Shown: piece by piece, positions 37,289 to 46,324 of the stretch | Layout of the letters: every line of letters begins with the position of its first letter | How positions within the stretch are numbered: the stretch's first letter is position 1 | Origin: Candidatus Latescibacterota bacterium | Lineage (GTDB): Bacteria; Latescibacterota; UBA2968; GCA-2709665 | Assembly (NCBI GenBank): GCA_965203805.1 | Contig: OZ241917.1 | Location: 2,816,001 to 2,880,000 of the forward strand | DNA: 64,000 nucleotides | Direction of reading: 5' to 3' | Notes under the pieces: model-generated | Seen by the model: the letters and a program-made list of their open reading frames with translations, nothing else | Told to the model about the DNA's origin: nothing | Databases searched by the model: none | Program-made: the position numbers and the translations under genes

Positions 37289-39544
37289 TCAATTGCCCAA
37301 TGAAGCGCTTCCGACTTCACGGTTGATCAGCCTGCAATGAAGAATGAGGTGGCTCCATGAATCAATATTCTTTCCACTGGCAGGAGTAAACGTCCATGCC
37401 TTATTCCCCGACTCCCGTGTCACTTCACCAAATTCCACGGCGCCGGCAGGTAAAGAACCACGTATGGGCCAGTTAATACTGTTGCTGGTGTAGAGAGCCA
37501 CGAACACATCCGGCGCCCCGTTCGGCGTTGACAATCCGGTAATGCTGAGTTTGAGCTTCCCGTCGGAAGTTTCGCTCAGCGTGACCGATCCACCTGATGA
37601 ATAGTTGTTTCGACCGCTGATCGTACCGGTACGGCTTCGTGGCGCCGATTGGGTCACGGTCAGCGAAGCCGTACCGGATACGCCGTCCACCTTCGCCGTG
37701 ATCGTCGTGGAACCGGCGTCCACCCCCGTTGCCAAACCGGACGCGTTGATTGTCGCCACCGAGGTGCTGCTGCTCGTCCAGGTGAAGGTCTTGCCGGATA
37801 TCATCGTGTTGTCCGAGTCATAGGCGGTGGCGCTGAACTGGTGGGTCCCGCCCTCTTCGATTGATACGGACGATGGACTCACCGCGACACGGGCCACAAC
37901 CGGCGGCGGCTCGGTCACGGTCAACGCCGCCGTGCCGGATTTGCCGTCCACCTTCGCCGTGATCGTCGTGGAACCGGCGTCCACCCCCGTTGCCAAACCG
38001 GATGAGTTGATGGTCGCCACCGAGGTGCTGCTGCTCGTCCAGGCAAAGGTCTTGCCGGATATCATCGTGTTGTCCGAGTCATAGGCGGTGGCGCTGAACT
38101 GGTGGGTCCCGCCCTCTTCGATTGTTACGGACGATGGACTCACCGTGACACGGGCCACAACCGGCGGCGGCTCGGTCACGGTCAGCGTCGCCGTGCCGGA
38201 TTTGCCGTCCACCTTCGCCGTGATCGTCGTGGAACCGGCGTCCACCCCCGTTGCCAAACCGGATGAGTTGATGGTCGCCACCGAGGTGCTGCTGCTCGTC
38301 CAGGTGAAGGTCTTGCCGGATATCATCGTGTTGTCCGAGTCATAGGCGGTGGCGCTGAACTGGTGGGTCCCGCCCTCCTCGATCATTACGGACGATGGAC
38401 TCACCGCGACACGGGCCACAACCGGTGGCGACTCGGTCACGGTCAACGTCGCCGTGCCGGATACGCCGTCCACCGTCGCCGTGATCGTCGTGGAACCGGC
38501 GTCCACCCCCGTTGCCAAACCGGATGAGTTGATGGTCGCCACCGAGGTGCTGCTGCTCGTCCAGGCAAGGGTCTTGCCGGATATCATCGTGTTGTCCGAG
38601 TCATAGGCGGTGGCGCTGAACTGGTGGGTCCCGCCCTCTTCGATCATTACGGACGATGGACTCACCGCGACACGGGCCACAACCGGCGGCGGCTCGGTCA
38701 CGGTCAACGTCGCCGTGCCGGATACGCCGTCCACCGTCGCCGTGATCGTCGTGGAACCGGCGTCCACCCCTGTTGCCAAACCGGATGAGTTGATGGTCGC
38801 CACCGAGGTGCTGCTGCTCGTCCAGGCAAAGGTCTTGCCGGATATCATCGTGTTGTCCGAGTCATAGGCGGTGGCGCTGAACTGGTGGGTCCCGCCCTCC
38901 TCGATTGATACGGACGATGGACTCACCGCGACACGGGCCACAACCGGCGGCGACCCGGTCACGGTCAGCGAAGCCGTGCCGGATACGCCGTCCACCGTCG
39001 CCGTGATCGTCGTGGAACCGGCGTCCACCCCCGTTGCCAACCCGGATGAGTTGATGGTCGCCACCGAGGTGCTGCTGCTCGTCCAGGCAAAGGTCTTGCC
39101 GGATATCATCGTGTTGTCCGAGTCATAGGCGGTGGCGCTGAACTGCTGGGTCCCGCCCTCTTCGATTGATACGGACGATGGACTTACCGTAACACTGGCC
39201 ACGACCGGCGGCGGCGGCTCGCAGGTCGTGCCGAATACTTCGGCAAAGAGCACAAAATCACGAAAGCCGATCGCGTCATTGCCGTCTATATCCATCAGCG
39301 CGTTGAAATTGGCATCGCCCGAAGAGGTGTTAAACACTGCGACAAAGGAAAGAAAGTCCGCGAATTCAACGATACCATTGTTGTCAAAATCAGCCTGACA
39401 GGCACGATTCCCGTCTCCGCCGTCGGAGATTAGATCGTGAGACACGACGGCCCTCGCGTTGGGACCGGCAAAGTCCGATGCTGAGAAGACGTGCAACAAA
39501 ACGGCGAGAAGTAACAGCTTCCTGTTTGTCCTGTTCGTAAACAT
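37289..39544 (-). CDS. Secreted protein: dockerin-like EF-hand pair + 6 Big_2 (Ig-like) repeats + DM13-like domain
   Basis: ADFDNNGIVEFADF..DIDGNDAIGFRDF; six 87-aa VSPSS..WTSSSTSVAT..G.ATG repeats; C-terminal GSVTL..PDVFVAL..ILHC. Confidence 0.85.
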   Translation of the reverse strand: MFTNRTNRKLLLLAVLLHVFSASDFAGPNARAVVSHDLISDGGDGNRACQADFDNNGIVEFADFLSFVAVFNTSSGDANFNALMDIDGNDAIGFRDFVLFAEVFGTTCEPPPPVVASVTVSPSSVSIEEGGTQQFSATAYDSDNTMISGKTFAWTSSSTSVATINSSGLATGVDAGSTTITATVDGVSGTASLTVTGSPPVVARVAVSPSSVSIEEGGTHQFSATAYDSDNTMISGKTFAWTSSSTSVATINSSGLATGVDAGSTTITATVDGVSGTATLTVTEPPPVVARVAVSPSSVMIEEGGTHQFSATAYDSDNTMISGKTLAWTSSSTSVATINSSGLATGVDAGSTTITATVDGVSGTATLTVTESPPVVARVAVSPSSVMIEEGGTHQFSATAYDSDNTMISGKTFTWTSSSTSVATINSSGLATGVDAGSTTITAKVDGKSGTATLTVTEPPPVVARVTVSPSSVTIEEGGTHQFSATAYDSDNTMISGKTFAWTSSSTSVATINSSGLATGVDAGSTTITAKVDGKSGTAALTVTEPPPVVARVAVSPSSVSIEEGGTHQFSATAYDSDNTMISGKTFTWTSSSTSVATINASGLATGVDAGSTTITAKVDGVSGTASLTVTQSAPRSRTGTISGRNNYSSGGSVTLSETSDGKLKLSITGLSTPNGAPDVFVALYTSNSINWPIRGSLPAGAVEFGEVTRESGNKAWTFTPASGKNIDSWSHLILHCRLINREVGSASLGN
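37652..39217. repeat. 261-bp near-identical tandem repeat x6
   Basis: Antisense shadow ORFs start exactly 261 bp apart (37827, 38088, 38349, 38610, 38871, 39132). Confidence 0.93.
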
Positions 39545-39878
39545 GGCAGGCGCGTCCTGTTGTAATGGTTCGGGTCTGTAAAGCTTTGTTCGTGTTGCCG
39601 TCCGACGCTCCGCTCCCGTCCGTCGTCTACGCGGTCATGATCTGGATGATGTCGTTGCTGGTGACCGCGCCCATGAACTTATCCGAAACCCTGCAATCAT
39701 CAGAATGGGGGTATCGGGTGAGAAACCAAACGCTGCGCCAGCTTCGTCATTGCGTTTTCCTCACTGGCAGATTGTAGAGGCAAGGCCTAACAGTCCGTTG
39801 ATAAAGTCGCTCTGCTGGCCTGCCGGTGAAGTCTTGGCAGGCAGGTAACCCGGACGGGATTTTTCAACGGGCTGCTAA

Positions 39879-40940
39879 TCACCTAATCCGACCGCGCGCG
39901 TGTACCGGCCAGGTCGCTTCGACCATCCCGTTTCGGGTGGCAACCATTTCGTCGTGTTCGTTGACGCAGGGACAGGGGTGAACGGGAAGCACCTGCACGC
40001 GCTCGCCGATCTCCGGTTTGACCTGACACCGGGAAATATCCACGTGGCCGTGCTCTTCGGACGCGATTCCGATCAGGGCGTCGGGGTATTCGACGATATG
40101 CCCCATGCAGTCTCCCCGGTCGGTCTTGTAGATGGAGGCGCTCAACGCCTTGCTCCCCGCATCCAGAAACATACGGTCTCCGGTGGGCCTGCTCACCACG
40201 GTGGTGACCACCCGCAGCGCGCACTGCTCCAGGGTGTGTCGCCCTTCCGCAAGGTGCATGGCGCCGCCAACCGGATATTCGCCGGCGCGGTATTCCGTGA
40301 GTTCGGGGATTTCGTGCGCTTCAAGGGCGTGCGGGGTGCCGCCGCCGCTCACAACGTCGCGAGGAAGCCCGGCCCTGTCGAACCGGTCTATCGTCTCCTG
40401 GATGAGCGGTCTCGAATCGGGCGGCGTGGGAAAGCCCATGAATCCCCTGAGTTCCAGTCCGGGAAGATCGTGGACGAGCTTCGCCAGTTCCGTGGCCTCC
40501 CGGGGCGTGGGTACGCCCGTGCGTTCAAACCCCATTTCCACTTCGATAAGGATGCCGATGGAAACGTCTTCAGAAGCGGCGGCGCGGGAGAGTCCCCTGA
40601 CGGTGTATTCGGAGTCGGGTGCGAGGGTAATCGGCAGTCGTTTCGCCAGGGCGGTCAGACGGTCGAGTTTCTGTGCGCCCATGATATTGTACGGTATGAG
40701 CAGGTCGGTGTGGATGCCGCCCGCCGCCAGGACTTCGGCCTCCCCGAGCTTCTGGCACGTAAGGCCAATCGCACCGTGGTTCAGTTGCATATGGGCGACG
40801 GCCAGCGTCTTGTGGGTCTTGATATGGGGACGGAATCCGATGCCGTGTTCTCTGAAATAGCCGTGGTATCGCTCGAGGTTTTCTTCCAGCGCGTCCAGAT
40901 TGATGGCCAGGAAGGGCGTGTCCATTTCGTCGATGCGCAT
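39879..40940 (-). CDS. D-threonine aldolase/DSD1-type PLP enzyme (alanine racemase fold)
   Basis: TPFLAI, RPHIKTHK, SGGGTP, DAGSKAL, SEEHG, HPCP. Confidence 0.88.
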   Translation of the reverse strand: MRIDEMDTPFLAINLDALEENLERYHGYFREHGIGFRPHIKTHKTLAVAHMQLNHGAIGLTCQKLGEAEVLAAGGIHTDLLIPYNIMGAQKLDRLTALAKRLPITLAPDSEYTVRGLSRAAASEDVSIGILIEVEMGFERTGVPTPREATELAKLVHDLPGLELRGFMGFPTPPDSRPLIQETIDRFDRAGLPRDVVSGGGTPHALEAHEIPELTEYRAGEYPVGGAMHLAEGRHTLEQCALRVVTTVVSRPTGDRMFLDAGSKALSASIYKTDRGDCMGHIVEYPDALIGIASEEHGHVDISRCQVKPEIGERVQVLPVHPCPCVNEHDEMVATRNGMVEATWPVHARGRIR

Positions 40941-41259
40941 GCAGGGCTCCTTCGCCTGGAGTGGCCGGGTTGACCGCGGTGCCATTAAATAGCTTGCGCG
41001 CGGGCACAGGTCAAGGGATTTCGAAGGGGAGCCCGCGGGAACGCTTTTCGCTTGACATGCGGCGTCCCCGGCCCAAAGTTTAGTGGCATAAATGAGCCTC
41101 ATAAGCCTGTGGATCGGCTTCGCGGCGCCCCGTTGCCGGATTCCCGCGACCGACGACCGCCCGGCTTTCGTGCGATCATGGGCTGTTGACCCGCAACATC
41201 AGGTTGGATAGGTTTCCTGTAGAACGGTCCTCGCTGTCGACTCGATTTCCAAAAAACGG

Positions 41260-43746
41260 ATGCCCGGCTCGTGGAGTAAGGCTATGAAAAACCTGACCTG
41301 TCGTTGCGGCCCCTACCGTCCGGTCCGACTGTGTGTCTGGCTGTGGGTTCTCGCAGTTGCCGTGGTGCCTGAAACACCCGCGGGTGAGCAGTCTGAATCT
41401 TCCATTCGACCTGCCGCGCGCGACTCCCTGGTTTCCGTGTCCGAACAACACGTGCATTCGGGTGATTACGCGGAAGCTGCCCGGATTCTCGGGCAGCTCG
41501 TCGAGGCATTTCCGAAACACGTCGACCTCCTGACGCGCCAGGGGAACGCCCTGCTGAAAGCGGGGGACTTCGAATCCGCCATCATTGCATTTGAATCGGC
41601 GAAGAAACTCGACTCCGACCTTCCAGGCACGTACGTGGGGCTCGGACTCGCCAGATTACGAAACTCGGGAAGAGGGTTGGAGGCGTTTTTCAACTTTCGC
41701 CAGGCCGTGGGTGAAGCCAGGACCGCCATCGAGATCAACGCCGCATACGGGCCGGCATACCGGCTCCTGGGGGAGGCCTACGGACGATTTGAAGAAGACC
41801 ACGAAAAGGCCCTGGGCTACTATTCGACGTACATCGAGCTGGAACCCGACAATCCCGAAGGGCGCTACGAATTCGGACTTTCGCTGGTCCAACTCGGGCA
41901 ATTCGACAAGATCGACGAATACATTACCCCCTTAATCGAGACGCACCCGGCGGAAACCCGGCTGCTTCCACTGGCCGCGCAGGCGCATTTCTACCTGGAA
42001 CGGTTCGGACGGGCCCTGGAGCACTTCGACCGGTATCTGCAGACGCTGGACCCCGAGGAGCGCAGTCTCTATACAGACATCTCACTGGTCGCCTCCGCGG
42101 AGGAACTCGAAGCGTACCGGGCCGCCGCAGGAGAGGAAAAGGAGACCTTCCTCAAAAGGTTCTGGCTGAAGAGGGATTCCGACATCCTGACAGCGATCAA
42201 CGAACGGGTCATCGAACACTATCGCCGCGTCTGGTACGCCCGGACCTTCTTCGCGACGGGCGCCAGCCCCTGGGACAAACGCGGTGAGGTCTACATACGT
42301 TACGGAGAGCCCGATTTCCGGTCCCGGTCAACCCGCAGGCAATTTGTGCAGAATCCGAAAGTACAGGCCGTCCGCGACCGGATGGCCGTGGCTCTCTACG
42401 GAGACGAAGCCGCGCTGATGACGTTTACAGGCCCCGTGTTTCCGGTTCGCGCGAATCGCAGCCACCTGGAGGCCACGCTCTTCGACGAGAATGTCATCGC
42501 GGATGCAGCCGGCGCGACAACGGCTGACGACGACGTTGGCGTCGACGCCTCCCAGGTGTCAGCGCAGGCGGAAAACGAATACAACCCCATGGACATGATC
42601 AGGGAAGACAGCCGTTTCGACGAGTTCGGGAATCTGAATACCCGCCTCAATTTCGGCGGGTACGCCCCGGTCACACTGGACAATGAGGTCGGAACCGTCC
42701 CCTGGGAGACCTGGACGTACACACGTATCGGGAACGGCATGGAATTCACATTTACCGACGAGCGAGGTACCGGCGCGTTCGACTTCGCGCCCATCCCGCC
42801 ACCATCGCTGGACACGGACGTTTCGCGGCTGGCCCGGTTTACGGAATACGCCCCGCGCGTGGTTTTTCGCAACGCGGTCTCCCGCATGCCCGACGTCTAC
42901 CGTCCCAGGTTTCACCATCCCCCGCTGGACTTCTACTTCGATCTCGCCAGTTTTCGGGCTCCGGAGGGCGGGACCACGCTGGAAGTCTACTACGGGATAC
43001 CCGCCGCACAGGTGAGGGTCGGACAAAGGCGCGATGTGTCGTACATCCAGGTCAGGTGCGCGCTTGCCCTGGCCCCGGCGGATTACAGCGTTATCCATCG
43101 AACGTCTTCCAGCCGCGCCTACAGGGTCGCGAGCGATTTCAGCGGCGCACAGAAAGCGTTTATGCCGGAGCTTCTCAAACTCCAGGTCCCGCCCGGGAAA
43201 TACGACCTTCAGGTTCAGATCAAGGATCTGCTTTCCGGCCACAACGGCATCTACCGGCAGACGGTGGATGTGAAGGAATATCCCGAGGACCGGCTTCGGA
43301 TCAGCGATATTCAACTCGCCGCCACGATTGGTGAATCGAAGCTGCAGGAGCGTTTCAAGAAGGGAGACGTGTGGGTTGTGCCCATGCCAACCCGGAACTA
43401 CCGGGGCGCCCAGCAGGTATTCGCATATTACGAGATATACAACCTGAAGAAGGACCGTTTCGGCCAGACGCGCTTCAAGGTCAAGTACGTTGTGCGATAC
43501 GTCTCGAAGCCCATCCGAGGGGCGCTCGGCTCGGTGGCGTCCGGTCTCCGCTCGCTATTCAGAAGCAAGCGACCCTCGGTCTCGATTTCGTACGAACACG
43601 AGGGTACCGACCCGAACGAGCAGGGTTACCTGGAATTCGACCTCGACAAGGTGAAACACGGCGTGAATGTGCTTGAAGTCGAAATAAAGGATCTTGTCAG
43701 CGGCAAGAGCGAGGAACGCGAAATCCGCTTTCAGTACGGCGGTTGA
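41260..43746 (+). CDS. TPR-repeat GWxTD-domain protein
   Basis: Signal peptide, TPR helices, FW..RD..EHYRRV.YA..PWDKRGEVYIRYGEPD, E.W.Y; start may be 41284. Confidence 0.82.
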   Translation: MPGSWSKAMKNLTCRCGPYRPVRLCVWLWVLAVAVVPETPAGEQSESSIRPAARDSLVSVSEQHVHSGDYAEAARILGQLVEAFPKHVDLLTRQGNALLKAGDFESAIIAFESAKKLDSDLPGTYVGLGLARLRNSGRGLEAFFNFRQAVGEARTAIEINAAYGPAYRLLGEAYGRFEEDHEKALGYYSTYIELEPDNPEGRYEFGLSLVQLGQFDKIDEYITPLIETHPAETRLLPLAAQAHFYLERFGRALEHFDRYLQTLDPEERSLYTDISLVASAEELEAYRAAAGEEKETFLKRFWLKRDSDILTAINERVIEHYRRVWYARTFFATGASPWDKRGEVYIRYGEPDFRSRSTRRQFVQNPKVQAVRDRMAVALYGDEAALMTFTGPVFPVRANRSHLEATLFDENVIADAAGATTADDDVGVDASQVSAQAENEYNPMDMIREDSRFDEFGNLNTRLNFGGYAPVTLDNEVGTVPWETWTYTRIGNGMEFTFTDERGTGAFDFAPIPPPSLDTDVSRLARFTEYAPRVVFRNAVSRMPDVYRPRFHHPPLDFYFDLASFRAPEGGTTLEVYYGIPAAQVRVGQRRDVSYIQVRCALALAPADYSVIHRTSSSRAYRVASDFSGAQKAFMPELLKLQVPPGKYDLQVQIKDLLSGHNGIYRQTVDVKEYPEDRLRISDIQLAATIGESKLQERFKKGDVWVVPMPTRNYRGAQQVFAYYEIYNLKKDRFGQTRFKVKYVVRYVSKPIRGALGSVASGLRSLFRSKRPSVSISYEHEGTDPNEQGYLEFDLDKVKHGVNVLEVEIKDLVSGKSEEREIRFQYGG

Positions 43747-43909
43747 CGGACAGCCGCCGCGTGATTCAGACGATCATGGCGCTCGGCAGGGTCTGCGTGG
43801 TGCTGAAGACGCGCCGCAATCGTTCCATTACTGTGCTACCACCATCCGGACGAGGACCCACCCCGGTTTTCTTCTGCACGCTAACGGGAAGATTTGTCTC
43901 CGTTGACGC

Positions 43910-44290
43910 TTGGTGTTATATTTGCCATCATATCCCATTAGAAGCAGAGATACCCGGCCGATCTCCTGGATCAGGGCGGCCCGTAAAGCTTTCAACAGCT
44001 TTGCCCAGGGGCCGCAGAGCGCGATCCTGCGGGCGCTGACGGTCGCGGCCGAAGGCCGTAAAGCCGACATCGCCAAACCTCTGAAGGGTTTCGGCTCCGG
44101 CATATTTGAAGTGGCAATCAAACACCGCACCGATGCGTATCGGGCAGTCTACGCTGTACGATTCAGGGAGCAGATTTGGGTCCTGCACGCCTTCAAGAAA
44201 AAGGCGGGGCAGGGCATCAAGATCCCAAAGAAGGATATCGATCTGATCCGTGAGCGGCTAAAGCGATTGAAGAAGGAGTTACGGCAATGA
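43910..44290 (+). CDS. RelE/ParE-superfamily (Gp49-like) toxin
   Basis: KPLKGFGSGIFE..AYRAVYAV..VLHAFKKK; start uncertain. Confidence 0.85.
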   Translation: MVLYLPSYPIRSRDTRPISWIRAARKAFNSFAQGPQSAILRALTVAAEGRKADIAKPLKGFGSGIFEVAIKHRTDAYRAVYAVRFREQIWVLHAFKKKAGQGIKIPKKDIDLIRERLKRLKKELRQ

Positions 44291-44619
44291 GTACAACAGA
44301 AGACGATTTTGAGTTGGTGCATGGCAGCGGCAATGTTTTCCGCGACTTCGGCCGCGCTGACGCCGACGTACAGCAGACCAAGGCGCTTCTGGCTGCTCGC
44401 ATCATCGGCATTCTTGACGACGAAAGGCTTTCAACGCGCAAGGCCGAAGGGCGCACCGGTATCAACCATGCGGACTTTACTCGCATTCGCAACGTTCAGC
44501 TTGACCGCTTCACCATTGACCGTCTGATGACCGTCCTCAATAAACTCGGCCAGCACGTAGACGTACAAATCAACGTTCATCCGCGTGTGGCCGCTGAAGA
44601 AGTGCCGGCGCGTCGTTGA
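44287..44619 (+). CDS. XRE/HigA-type HTH antitoxin
   Basis: GSGNVFRDFG, HTH, FTIDRL; ATGA overlap with the toxin. Confidence 0.85.
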   Translation: MSTTEDDFELVHGSGNVFRDFGRADADVQQTKALLAARIIGILDDERLSTRKAEGRTGINHADFTRIRNVQLDRFTIDRLMTVLNKLGQHVDVQINVHPRVAAEEVPARR

Positions 44620-44699
44620 GAGCCTTGTCACGTTCAGCTTGAGCTATTACAGGGAGCACTCTACAGTTTCCATTATTACACACCATTGACCGGGCACCC

Positions 44700-44792
44700 T
44701 GCGCCGCTCCCTGAGCCGTTGTCCTGAACTTGTCGAAGGGTTGTCGAAGGGTCAAAAAGGTACCGAAACGCGGGCGCTTCGACAAGCTCAGC
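44700..44792. repeat. Nested REP-like palindrome
   Basis: ccgctccctgagcc-gttgtcctgaacttgtcgaaggg-ttgtcgaagggtc and ttcgacaagctcag. Confidence 0.65.
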
Positions 44793-44874
44793 GTCCCGTT
44801 CGGGCAAGCCCCTTTCCACCTTAGCAGGAGCTTGAGACGTCAACTATCTACTGCTCCTGGCAATAAGGGATGAT

Positions 44875-45621
44875 GTGATGACTGTGAGCAAGAGATACAA
44901 ATGGGCATTATTGTCCCTTGTGGCCCTTATTGCTGTCATCTGTAGATCGGGAGTGCTCTGGGCTCAAACTTGCGGACAGCTTCCACCTCGTGCCGATTTC
45001 AGCCAGCAAAGGCTTGCCGTCAAGTTATCCGGAAACTGGGAATTCTTCTCCCCCAATCCGGCGGGGCCAGCATACTTGATATCAGTCTCGGGAGCCCAGA
45101 CCCTCTGCCTCGCCTGGGAGGCCCCGCCGTACCCGCGCAAACGAAAACAGATTGTGTACACCAGCACTCAGTATCGAAAGAACCAGCCGATCTGGTTGTG
45201 GAGAAACAGCGCGCTCCAGATTCCGATTATTGGCACTCTTGTAGGTAACTGGAATAGAACTCCGGATTCTTTGGGACGCGATCCCGTGGAGACGTTCACA
45301 ACGTTCCATCGCGGTTTGCCCGGGAAGGTGGACATTACGCCGTGGAAGGTCTTGGCGGACTGGCACGACACTTCGGCATGGATGCCTAACCAGAGCAGTT
45401 ACAAAGTGGTTTCCGCCGCTTTGAGAAATATGGGGGACACTCTGCCTTACGGTACAGAAAGACTGTTGACGTTGAAAGCGGCACGTCCCCTAAGTTCCTG
45501 GGTTACGTTCACAACCTACACACCGTCGCCTCAGGATCAGCTTCTTGTGGCTGTGACATTCAGTGGAGATCTGGACAGCCGGGGACCACGGGTTTACCGC
45601 TACACCTTCGAGGTCCGGTGA
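44875..45621 (+). CDS. Hypothetical secreted protein
   Basis: Signal-peptide-like N-terminus; 248-aa ORF coupled to the next gene. Confidence 0.6.
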   Translation: MMTVSKRYKWALLSLVALIAVICRSGVLWAQTCGQLPPRADFSQQRLAVKLSGNWEFFSPNPAGPAYLISVSGAQTLCLAWEAPPYPRKRKQIVYTSTQYRKNQPIWLWRNSALQIPIIGTLVGNWNRTPDSLGRDPVETFTTFHRGLPGKVDITPWKVLADWHDTSAWMPNQSSYKVVSAALRNMGDTLPYGTERLLTLKAARPLSSWVTFTTYTPSPQDQLLVAVTFSGDLDSRGPRVYRYTFEVR

Positions 45622-45627
45622 TTTAAG

Positions 45628-46134
45628 ATGAAGGATATGACGGAACTCAAGAAAGTTCGAAAAACTCTGGATGATTTCGCGACTCTGCTTACCCAGGAGA
45701 TTGATCATCAGGATCTGCCGACATCCCTGAAAGCGGCCACCAGAGCCATCGGGCTTAGCACCCTCCCCGGCGTCGGTCTCGTGATCCGGCACGGAGTCGG
45801 CACTGCGGCCGAGATAGCAGGAACCAGCCTTGTGCTGGTGCTGAGCTGGATGGTGTTCACAGCCATCCTGTCCCGCGAGAAGAAACTGGCGATGGCGCGA
45901 AACCTGAACCTGCTATCATTTTGGATAGCCGCGACGCTTGTCTTCGTTTTTTTAACCGACCTTCTTTTTGACGACCCCCTCGAAAAGATGATCCGCTTCC
46001 TGAGTGTGGCTGGCGGGTTGTTTGTGTTTGTTCCGGTTCACCTGATCCGGAGTGCCCGCTCGTGGTCAATCTTGTGGCGGCTCCCGGCCCTGTGGCTCAC
46101 GATGGGCTACCTGGCGTGGAGCGTATTTTACTGA
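45628..46134 (+). CDS. Hypothetical multi-TM membrane protein
   Basis: About four hydrophobic segments. Confidence 0.6.
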   Translation: MKDMTELKKVRKTLDDFATLLTQEIDHQDLPTSLKAATRAIGLSTLPGVGLVIRHGVGTAAEIAGTSLVLVLSWMVFTAILSREKKLAMARNLNLLSFWIAATLVFVFLTDLLFDDPLEKMIRFLSVAGGLFVFVPVHLIRSARSWSILWRLPALWLTMGYLAWSVFY

Positions 46135-46324
46135 GGTTCGACGTATCACCAATCCCGGCCGGTTGAGCGAGGCTGGGTCCAGAAGCTGAACTCTTCGAGT
46201 TGCCACGTGCATCGCGCCGGAGAGAAACTCTTCACTCCTCAATCTGATCAAGCAGCAGGTAAAGAATAGCACCTTGTGATCGTAATCGTCGGAACGCCGG
46301 GGAGATCGGACGTACCAGTAACTG

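Noticed and set aside
37605-39398. Regularly spaced 85-aa plus-strand ORFs or CRISPR-like periodicity
   Set aside because: Antisense read of the 261-bp coding Big_2 repeats; no unique spacers
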